Shown here: in pieces, positions 17,491 to 24,305 of the stretch | Numbering within the stretch: position 1 is the first letter of the stretch | Layout of the letters: each line of letters opens with the position of its first letter | The notes under the pieces: generated by a model | What the model was told of the DNA's origin: nothing | Database searches by the model: none | The model's input: the letters and a program-made list of their open reading frames with translations, nothing else | NCBI GenBank assembly: GCA_003144275.1 | Contig: NJBF01000046.1 | Span: 1 to 24,305 of the forward strand | Length of the DNA stretch: 24,305 bases | Reading direction: 5' to 3' | Source: Candidatus Heimdallarchaeota archaeon B3_Heim | GTDB taxonomy: Archaea > Asgardarchaeota > Heimdallarchaeia > Hodarchaeales > Hodarchaeaceae | Translations under genes and position numbers: made by a program

Positions 17491-17498
17491 TATATAAA
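17491..17498 (-). promoter_or_regulatory. Putative TATA box for the structured RNA
   Basis: TTTATATA on the minus strand ends 24 nt before the first G of hairpin 1 (17467), the expected archaeal TATA-to-TSS spacing; the element also reads TTTATATA on the plus strand (17488-17495). Confidence 0.5.
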
Positions 17499-17888
17499 TA
17501 TATAGCAACAGATGTAACAAAACAGGGAAAACAAAATCGCCTCTATGACGTTATTTCCCCTTTTGTTTAATTTCCCATATTAGTAATTCTAAGACTAAAA
17601 ATAATAAATCGAAATTAGAAAGTTATTAATTGTTTCTCTTGGAATCATGATTTTGAGCTTATATTACTGATTTGTAATTACCTAGATAGTATTAGGTTAC
17701 TGCATTATCGTTTCCTACGCTTTTTACATCCCAGTAATTCTACTTGTTAGAAAAACCTCTATTATCGGAATGTGAATGATTCTTAAAACCGTTGCTTAAA
17801 TGGTAATGGCGTGGTTGGCGTATAAATATTATTTTAACTAGTAACCTTAGCCAAAAATTACATAAATGCATGAAAATCACTCTAGCTT

Positions 17889-18578
17889 ATGTCATTTTTT
17901 ACTCCATCTTCACCAGAAGAAGCCATGGGAACACCAGAGCAGCGTGAGTCTCAAATAAGCAATATTATATCTTATCTTGGCGTATCAACCATTGGTGAAC
18001 TCATCTGGGTTCAACGTACTTTGGAACGGAATTTTCAAGACAAGCAACTTGAATCCGATGGTAAAGATACTAATATTTACGAGCAGAAGAAGCAGGAAGT
18101 TGAACAATTATTAACCGATCATCAATCGATGATTTCCAAGATTGCCAATTTGCAAGATCAAAAAACATCTGTTCAAACCCAAGTGGAGGGACTCAAAACA
18201 AATCTTTCTATGCTCTCATCTGAAAAAGAAGCAGTTGAAACAGAACGTGATTCCCTTTCCCAGGAATTGCAGAGAATAGGTACTCTTTATGAGGAATTAA
18301 CAGGAAAACAGGCAAATCAAGAAGAACTGAGAGGAATTTTGAGCATTTATATCACTCTCATGGAGGATGTTTTTTCGGGGAGAGCTCATTTCAAAGTGTT
18401 ATCTATTGTACACGGCGAAAAAGAAGTTTGGAAGCGTCAAGAACTTGTTAAAAGCACAGGAATTTCAGAGATCAAACTCAGATCGGTCCTTGGCGATTTA
18501 GTTAGAGCGAAAATGATTTTCTATAATGAGGAAGATGCTACTATAAGACTTATCAAACGCCTTTCTACTCTGGATTAA
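17889..18578 (+). CDS. Coiled-coil protein with C-terminal winged helix-turn-helix
   Basis: Heptad-rich region aa ~60-145 (EQKKQEVEQLL...LSQELQRIGTLYEEL); wHTH pattern FKVLSIVH..WKRQELVKSTGISEIKLRSVLGDLVRAKMIFYNEEDATIRL; TATAAATA at 17821 upstream. Confidence 0.75.
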   Translation: MSFFTPSSPEEAMGTPEQRESQISNIISYLGVSTIGELIWVQRTLERNFQDKQLESDGKDTNIYEQKKQEVEQLLTDHQSMISKIANLQDQKTSVQTQVEGLKTNLSMLSSEKEAVETERDSLSQELQRIGTLYEELTGKQANQEELRGILSIYITLMEDVFSGRAHFKVLSIVHGEKEVWKRQELVKSTGISEIKLRSVLGDLVRAKMIFYNEEDATIRLIKRLSTLD

Positions 18579-18590
18579 TGGATACTCGGT

Positions 18591-18803
18591 TCACGTTATA
18601 ATTGGCAGGAGAATTTTCTTATAATGGACTAATGACTCTTTAGAAATCGTTAATGTTAACCCACACTGTTGACAGCTGATATGTATTGCCTGTGGGGGAG
18701 TTTTAAACCATAAATTCCAGGATCGACACCGAGGACATTCAAGCGAGAAGCCTAGTATCTTTTCTAATTCACCTGAACTACGCTTCCAGTCAATGTCGTC
18801 CAT
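18591..18803 (-). CDS. Small Zn-ribbon protein
   Basis: 70 aa with CPRC and CQQC pairs; fills the gap downstream of the AKR gene on the same strand. Confidence 0.65.
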   Translation of the reverse strand: MDDIDWKRSSGELEKILGFSLECPRCRSWNLWFKTPPQAIHISCQQCGLTLTISKESLVHYKKILLPIIT

Positions 18804-18857
18804 TATGCTAGATTGTTTGTGATTCTGCTATTTTATCACCTAAGAATTATAGGATTC

Positions 18858-19847
18858 CTAACTGTGTCCGATGATGGAGTGAGGCGTATAAAATTCCTCA
18901 AGCCTTTTTATTTCATCAGTGGTCAATTTGACATCTAATGCTCCTACAATTTCTTCAACATAGGAAAGCTTTGTTATCCCCACGATTGGGGCTGTAATCA
19001 CTTCTTTTGAGAATAACCATGCCAAAGCAACTTGTGCTGGTGAAATATCTTTCTCTTGTGCGATTGTGACTACTCGTTCAACAATTTTGAAATCTTCAGG
19101 TTTGAAATAACGCGTTTTTAGATATTTATCATGTTGAAAACGGGCTGATGGCATAGGTTTTTTCGAAGAATATTTTCCTGTGAGGAAGCCTCGAGCGAGG
19201 GGGGACCATGGGATTACTCCTATTCCCTGATCTTTGCAGAGTGGTAACATTTCCCTTTCTTCTTCCCGGTAAAGTAAATTATAATGATTTTGCATTGTTT
19301 GGAAGGGTTCTAATCCATATTTGTCCGCAATCCACAAGCTTTTAGCGAATTGCCACGCAAACATCGAGCTTGCTCCAATATGTAATACTTTTCCTTGATC
19401 TATCAAGTGGTTTAATGTACGAAGGATGTTTTCAAGAGGAACATTGGGATCTAAACGATGAATTTGATATAAATCCACATATTTCAAATTTAATCGTTGC
19501 AAAGATTCATCTATTGCACGGTAGATATGGTACCGTGATAGTCCACTCTGATTGGGAAGAGAGGCTTCAGTAAATCCTCTCATTGGAAAGAAAACTTTTG
19601 TAGCTATAACTACTTCATCTCTATAGTCCCCTAACAATTGACCAGTGATTTCTTCTGATTTACCTTTTGAATACACATTCGCAGTATCAAAGAAATTAAT
19701 CCCTAGGTCAAGTGCTTTTTTAATTATAGGTCGTGCTTCATCTAAAGGTAAGGTCCACTTAGAAACTGTTGGATCACCATAGGACATCATTCCCAGACAT
19801 ATCCGTGAGACTTCTAAACCCGTTTGTCCCAATCTAATATATTTCAT
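18858..19847 (-). CDS. Aldo/keto reductase (aryl-alcohol dehydrogenase/YajO-like)
   Basis: MKYIRLGQTGLEVSRICLGMM, GINFFDTANVY, VIATK, YVDLYQIHRLD, QNHYNLLYREEE, PWSPLARG, APIVG; start at ATG 19847 (Met23 of the track ORF) matches the family N-terminus. Confidence 0.95.
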   Translation of the reverse strand: MKYIRLGQTGLEVSRICLGMMSYGDPTVSKWTLPLDEARPIIKKALDLGINFFDTANVYSKGKSEEITGQLLGDYRDEVVIATKVFFPMRGFTEASLPNQSGLSRYHIYRAIDESLQRLNLKYVDLYQIHRLDPNVPLENILRTLNHLIDQGKVLHIGASSMFAWQFAKSLWIADKYGLEPFQTMQNHYNLLYREEEREMLPLCKDQGIGVIPWSPLARGFLTGKYSSKKPMPSARFQHDKYLKTRYFKPEDFKIVERVVTIAQEKDISPAQVALAWLFSKEVITAPIVGITKLSYVEEIVGALDVKLTTDEIKRLEEFYTPHSIIGHS

Positions 19848-20041
19848 GATATTTGTTCTGTTGTTCTCTATGAATTTATCAAGGTTCGCGTTTAATCTTC
19901 CCGGTGTATCCATTCTTTTCAGATGTACACTAAAAATTGGGTTTTCTTAAATATTGTAGGAATTACCCTAACAGAAATTGCCTTCCTGAGTCTTTATCCT
20001 CGGTTACAGCTCTGTATTCTCTAAAACATGAGGTTTGAATT

Positions 20042-21118
20042 GTGACGATATTAATAACTGGTGCTACAGGGTTAATTGGACAAAATTTGGTCAAAACTCT
20101 CCTGAAACGTACCCCTCCTAATGTAAAACCTAATCAAATTCGGTTATTGATAAGGAAACGCAATGGTTCCCCTTCTAGAAATTCTTTCGTTCAATGGGTT
20201 GTTAAAATGGGTGTAGAGATTATTTGGGGAGACTTAAGAAGCACCTCCGATGTTCTTCGCTTTACAAACGTAATAGATCCTGATAAATCAGTATTAATTC
20301 ACTGTGGGGCAGTATTTAATTTCTACCAATCGTATCAGCTACTATACAATACGAATGTGATCGGAACTACCCGTGTTCTCCATGGTTTTCATTCGAATAG
20401 AATTAGAAAATTTGTATTTGTTTCTTCAATTGCAGTTTATGGAGCTCTGCGTAACTCCAACGGACAAGGAATAACAGAAGATCATCCAATAGATTGTAAA
20501 CAAAGAAAGAGCTATGAACTTACAAAGAGTTTAAGTGAGGAATGTGTATGGAAATATTCAAAGAAATACCCAAAACGGCTGATCACTCTAGTACGTCCCT
20601 CAGGCGTAGTGGGAGGGGGAGGAACTACCTCTGATATCTTTGCTCGAATGTTTTTCGGTCGGTATGTTCCCTTACCAGGAGGTGGATCAGAAAAAATTAG
20701 CCTGGTTGATGTTTATGATGTTGTAAGAGCCTTAATCCACTTTAGCAATTTTGATATTGGCAATGGTGAGGTTTTTAATGTTGTTAGTTTCACTCCGACC
20801 CTTCGAGAGTTTATAGATGAAATGGCGTATGTTCTAAACCGTCGAAATGTAAAAATATTATCAGTTCCTTTAGGATTATTCAAACCTCTCTTCTATTTAT
20901 CACGGCTTATCCGTACTTTCAAAAAGCCTAAAGAAAATTCCTTATTACTACCAGTTTTATTTAATAAGCTAGGACAAGAAATTTGGATTGATAATTCAAA
21001 AATTTTGGCTCATGGATTATCTCCAGAGAGCACATTATCCGAATCGATGAACAACTTTCATCACTTTTTGGCAGACAACCCTTGGTACGCGGAAGAGAAG
21101 TTTTCCATAGCTTTATAG
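20042..21118 (+). CDS. Extended SDR, NAD-dependent epimerase/dehydratase family
   Basis: ITGATGLIG Rossmann motif, GDL, HCGA, NVIGT, FVFVSSIAVYG, catalytic YELTK, VRPSGVVG; GTG start with a GAGGT RBS. Confidence 0.9.
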   Translation: MTILITGATGLIGQNLVKTLLKRTPPNVKPNQIRLLIRKRNGSPSRNSFVQWVVKMGVEIIWGDLRSTSDVLRFTNVIDPDKSVLIHCGAVFNFYQSYQLLYNTNVIGTTRVLHGFHSNRIRKFVFVSSIAVYGALRNSNGQGITEDHPIDCKQRKSYELTKSLSEECVWKYSKKYPKRLITLVRPSGVVGGGGTTSDIFARMFFGRYVPLPGGGSEKISLVDVYDVVRALIHFSNFDIGNGEVFNVVSFTPTLREFIDEMAYVLNRRNVKILSVPLGLFKPLFYLSRLIRTFKKPKENSLLLPVLFNKLGQEIWIDNSKILAHGLSPESTLSESMNNFHHFLADNPWYAEEKFSIAL

Positions 21119-21227
21119 ATTTACGATGATTCTAGAGTTGTAATTTTTTCCTCCTTTTGTCCCCCTTCGATATTCTCGTGATGTTCTTTATCTTTATTAG
21201 TTTATTATCAATTCCTGTGTGGGAATA

Positions 21228-21770
21228 ATGAAACTTCACGAGGGCCAAGCAGCCATTAATTTTGAGGTCGACGACATCGCTGGAAATCGACTCGTATTAA
21301 ACAATTTTTTTGATCGACCGATTCTAGTAAGTTTCTATAGATATGCCTCCTGCCCTTTGTGTAATATTCGATTAAACGAACTAATTGAACGATATCCAGT
21401 GTATAAAGATGCAGGATTAGTAGTTATTGCCTTTTTCCAGTCACCCCCTGAAAGTATTCAAAAGTATGTGACCTCTAAGCATCCTCTGCCATTTCCTATC
21501 ATCGCTGATCCATCTCATACTATTTATCAAAAATATGGAGTTACCTCCTCCCGTTGGGGATATATTAAAGGGCTATTTCTCTTACACCGTTTCATCAAAG
21601 CGTTTAGAAGAGGGTTTTGGCTAGGTAAAATGGAGAGTAAGTTTACATTGATACCTGCTGACTTCTTGATTCGTGATTCCAAAATTATTAAAGCGTATTA
21701 CGGAACAAATATAGGTGATCATCTCCCATTTGTTGAGATCGAGAAGTTTCTTAACCTTCAAGATGTGTGA
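21228..21770 (+). CDS. Peroxiredoxin-like AhpC/TSA redoxin (PRXL2/AAED1-like)
   Basis: FYRYASCPLCN CxxC motif, IIADPSHTIYQKYG, IPADFLI; ATG 21228 is preferred over GTG 21219. Confidence 0.85.
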   Translation: MKLHEGQAAINFEVDDIAGNRLVLNNFFDRPILVSFYRYASCPLCNIRLNELIERYPVYKDAGLVVIAFFQSPPESIQKYVTSKHPLPFPIIADPSHTIYQKYGVTSSRWGYIKGLFLLHRFIKAFRRGFWLGKMESKFTLIPADFLIRDSKIIKAYYGTNIGDHLPFVEIEKFLNLQDV

Positions 21771-21819
21771 TTGAAATATAGAGAAGAAGAAATTATTTTA
21801 ACTTGATCAGCTCTATATT

Positions 21820-22659
21820 ATGCAAATGATTTATCTCGGGTGTGCCGGTTGGGCTTATAATCACTGGCGTGGCCCCTTTTACCCCAGCAATCTTGCCAGT
21901 GAATTGGAATTCTATGCCCAATATTCTCCATTAAATGAAATAAATTCAACTTTCTACCGTATACCCACGGAAACCATGGTTAGAGGATGGTATTATTATA
22001 CCCCTGATAATTTTATCTTTTCTGCAAAATTAACCCGAGATATTACCCATGCTTCCAAACGTAAAATTAAACTAGAACTTATTAAGCAATTCTATGCCCG
22101 ATTGAAGATGGGTTTGGAGGAAAAATTCAAAATTACGCTTGTTCAATTCCCTCCATGGTTGAAGTATTCACCAGATTCTTTTAAGTTTTTAACTTCTATT
22201 CTTGATGAATGTATTTCGCAGTTTGATGGTCAAATAGCCGTTGAAATTCGGGATGAATCTTGGTTAATCCCTGAATTTAAAGATTACTTAGATTCCCAGA
22301 AGATTGCCCTTACACAAACTACGAGATTTCCTTTACCAAAGGAATTCCTCGTTTCGGATCGTGAATTTCATTATGTACGGCTCCTTGGAGATCGCAAGCT
22401 TATACCTAATGATAAACTTGGAAAAGTCTTCCTGGACAAGAAGACGGCTTTAAGCGAATGGGTAACAATGATCGTACAACTTTCGAACTCTTATGACACA
22501 ATTTTCGTATTAATCAACAACCGTTTCTCTGGGTATGCGATCAATGATGCTATAACATTAAATAAAGCTCTCACGGCGGAAAAACTCGATGTTCGTGGAT
22601 TTGAACGCTCTAATAAATATTTAAAACGTCAAATGACGCTTCAAGAATTTTTTTCCTAG
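21820..22659 (+). CDS. DUF72 (YecE-like TIM-barrel) protein with C-terminal PIP box
   Basis: IYLGCAGWAYNHWRGPFYP, EINSTFYRIP, FIFSAKLTRDITH, LVQFPP, AVEIRDESW, YVRLLG, VLINN; C-terminal QMTLQEFF. Confidence 0.92.
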   Translation: MQMIYLGCAGWAYNHWRGPFYPSNLASELEFYAQYSPLNEINSTFYRIPTETMVRGWYYYTPDNFIFSAKLTRDITHASKRKIKLELIKQFYARLKMGLEEKFKITLVQFPPWLKYSPDSFKFLTSILDECISQFDGQIAVEIRDESWLIPEFKDYLDSQKIALTQTTRFPLPKEFLVSDREFHYVRLLGDRKLIPNDKLGKVFLDKKTALSEWVTMIVQLSNSYDTIFVLINNRFSGYAINDAITLNKALTAEKLDVRGFERSNKYLKRQMTLQEFFS

Positions 22660-22666
22660 GTTTTTT

Positions 22667-23605
22667 TTAAGAATGCTCATTGGTCGAAGGCTTTGTTTGA
22701 GAGTCATTTGGTTTCTTATGGTTTACTAATATTATGTAGACCAAAAACGCCATTCCTGTTGAGAATAACACATCTGAGACATAATGGGCCCCAATTACTA
22801 TTCGGCCGAACGCAATGAAAATCCCCCAAGAAATGATCAATCCTTGGAAAACCCAACGGATTCGACCTGTCTTAGGTAATAAGAATAGCAATGGCAAAAC
22901 CATCCACCCCATTGCAGTGTGCCCAGATGGAAACGATTTGTGCCCTGTCATTCCCTGGGGAAATAACCAAGGTGTAAATTCTTGATAATCCCCTGTTAAG
23001 TCACGATACCTTGTTCGTCCCCATAATAATTTAGTCGTTTGTACAAATAATAATGGATTAATTATTGCCATAATAAGAGATATTTTTGCAAATCTCGTGT
23101 ATTTTTGATCTGAAAGCATTTCCACCTCCCTAAGTCGCATTATTATTATGAATTGGCCAATCACGACAAATCCAGTAAGAATGAGGCCATATTTCAACTC
23201 AACGTTATATTGCGGGAAAAATGTAAGAAGAATATTCGCCATAAAGACTGAATTTAGAATTAAACAAAACCAAAATACTGGGTTCTGAGACCAATTAGGA
23301 TCTGTTAGTCTGTCACGTAATAGGACAAAAATACTGATACTTATGACAATATGACCTGGAATTTCCCCGTACAACGCCACAAATTTGGCCCAAGAGGAAT
23401 TAGTGTTCACCAAAAAGATTGACAAAGGTAGATCCAGGAAAATTAAAACCACTGCTAATAGAATCCATATACCAAATAATAGGAGGAGAACTCTACGAAG
23501 TTTATGTGTAAATTGATTTATTTCTTGATAAAAAAGCATAATCCATAATCCTTTTTTCAAATTATGTCTCAGAAACCACCTATTAGAACAACAGGCCTCA
23601 TTCAT
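22667..23605 (-). CDS. PAP2-family membrane phosphatase
   Basis: Motifs KLLWGRTRY (KX6RP-like), SFPSGH and GRIVIGAHYVSD; multiple TM helices. Start could be a later Met (MLFYQE). Confidence 0.9.
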   Translation of the reverse strand: MNEACCSNRWFLRHNLKKGLWIMLFYQEINQFTHKLRRVLLLLFGIWILLAVVLIFLDLPLSIFLVNTNSSWAKFVALYGEIPGHIVISISIFVLLRDRLTDPNWSQNPVFWFCLILNSVFMANILLTFFPQYNVELKYGLILTGFVVIGQFIIIMRLREVEMLSDQKYTRFAKISLIMAIINPLLFVQTTKLLWGRTRYRDLTGDYQEFTPWLFPQGMTGHKSFPSGHTAMGWMVLPLLFLLPKTGRIRWVFQGLIISWGIFIAFGRIVIGAHYVSDVLFSTGMAFLVYIILVNHKKPNDSQTKPSTNEHS

Positions 23606-23689
23606 TTCCTAGATAGAGTATGAGGGGTCAAATAGTATTACTGAAAACGGAGCAAAATCCTTTACTTAACCCTTACTATAGTATCCTTC

Positions 23690-23749
23690 ATGGCATTATG
23701 GGAATTTGAAGGCAAAAAGCCAAAAATTGGTGCGGGAACATGGGTAGCC
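23690..23749 (+). pseudogene. 5' fragment of a gamma-carbonic anhydrase/acetyltransferase (hexapeptide-repeat) gene interrupted by the IS
   Basis: Translates to MALWEFEGKKPKIGAGTWVA, matching the family N-terminus (..Y/W-E-F-E-G-K-x-P-x-I..x-W/F-V/I-A-P); similarity stops abruptly at 23749 and the frame stops at TAG 23771-23773. Confidence 0.75.
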
Positions 23750-23900
23750 GTTCTGAAAGACTTATCCAAATAGGACAGCTAGGAACAATCAGTTCAACCT
23801 GCCTTTGGAGCTGTTCTTCCTGATTCCTCGTTGCGTGCCTGCTCAAATGCAGGTCTTACCGCCTCTCCACAGGCATTTAAGGTCTCCGCAGAACTTTCGG
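23728..23900 (-). ncRNA. Predicted TnpB omega-RNA (reRNA): scaffold in the tnpB 3' end/right end plus flank-derived guide
   Basis: Hairpins CCTGC-ATTTGA-GCAGG (23853-23838), GCCT-GTGGAG-AGGC (23874-23861) and CTGTCC-TATTT-GGATAAG near the end; the guide would be the flank CTACCCATGTTCCCGCACCA (23747-23728). The 5' boundary is approximate. Confidence 0.55.
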
Positions 23901-24305
23901 CGACCGGAAATAATAGGAACTGATAGATAATATAATAATTGGCCACATTGAGGGCAGCATTCTGATCACGATCTAATACCAGCCCACATAACGGACAATG
24001 AAAGACCTGATCCGCTAACGTTAGATTACGATGGTAATAAAGGCAATTCGAGCATAATTTCGAGGAAGGAAACCAGCGATCGATCTCAATCAACGTAGAA
24101 CCATATAAAGGCGCCTTGTATGTGAGGAAACGCTGAAATGTCCCATGTGAAAGATCGGCCCAATATTTACTCAGCTTTTTATTTTGCATTAATCCTTTGA
24201 CATGTAAATCCTCGGTAACTATCACGCTGTGGTTTTTAGCCAGATAAGTTGAGGTTTGATGTAAAAAATTATGCCGTTGGTTCGTAATTCGACGATAGAA
24301 TTGCG
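23748..24305 (-). mobile_element. Right end of a TnpB-encoding IS (IS607-like or IS200/IS605), truncated by the window edge
   Basis: tnpB followed by a short structured tail ending ...GGATAAGTCTTTCAGAACGG at the point where the host gamma-CA frame breaks. Confidence 0.8.
23794..24305 (-). CDS. tnpB: TnpB RNA-guided endonuclease, C-terminal part (5' end outside the window)
   Basis: The frame is open to the window edge (QFYRRITNQRHNFLHQTSTYLAKNHSVIVTEDL, RuvC-II Glu), then FPSSKLCSNC..FHCPLCG Zn finger, DRDQNAALN (RuvC-III Asp) and the low-complexity omega-RNA-overlapping tail ETLNACGEAVRP. Confidence 0.95.
   Translation of the reverse strand, partial: QFYRRITNQRHNFLHQTSTYLAKNHSVIVTEDLHVKGLMQNKKLSKYWADLSHGTFQRFLTYKAPLYGSTLIEIDRWFPSSKLCSNCLYYHRNLTLADQVFHCPLCGLVLDRDQNAALNVANYYIIYQFLLFPVAESSAETLNACGEAVRPAFEQARNEESGRTAPKAG

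Noticed and set aside
17300-17545. Plus-strand GAGGGAAAGTC and AAAACAAAATCGCC resembling RNase P CR-I/CR-V
   Set aside because: The two segments cannot form the P4 pseudoknot helix, and the hairpins between them fold properly only on the minus strand.
21219-21770. Prx-like gene as a possible selenoprotein
   Set aside because: The active site is CPLC with two Cys codons and there is no in-frame TGA; no Sec-type ORF was seen elsewhere in the window.
23748-23800. IS right end as an IStron (self-splicing) 3' end
   Set aside because: The element is antisense to the interrupted gene, so splicing could not restore it, and no group I intron core is visible in the window.
1-24305. CRISPR arrays, tRNA and rRNA genes
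   Set aside because: No regularly spaced direct repeats, T-loop/anticodon cloverleaf or rRNA signature sequences were found by eye.

Overview
Archaeal chromosomal window, most likely from an Asgard archaeon (inference: it carries a stand-alone gelsolin-domain gene, a longin-like gene and a PAS-DUF835-wHTH sensor, with TATA-box promoters and GGAG/GGTGA ribosome-binding sites). It holds about 19 intact CDSs: an LLM oxidoreductase, a membrane-anchored clostripain, a large M28-like/FtsX fusion, a longin-like protein, a polyferredoxin, a metallophosphoesterase, a gelsolin, a SHOCT protein, a 5-PAS regulator, a coiled-coil/wHTH protein, two Zn-ribbon microproteins, an aldo/keto reductase, an SDR, a Prx-like protein, DUF72, PAP2 and two hypotheticals. 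There is also a triple-lesion CPBP pseudogene and, at the right edge, a TnpB-encoding IS that has inserted into a gamma-carbonic-anhydrase-like gene. Best leads: (i) an unannotated, strand-specific three-hairpin RNA with its own TATA box at 17467-17304 (minus); (ii) a nicalin/nicastrin-like pseudo-peptidase fused to an FtsX membrane module; (iii) a canonical PCNA PIP box at the DUF72 C-terminus; (iv) the IS end, omega-RNA scaffold and guide, readable at base resolution. All protein family calls come from motif recognition by eye; no database search was run.
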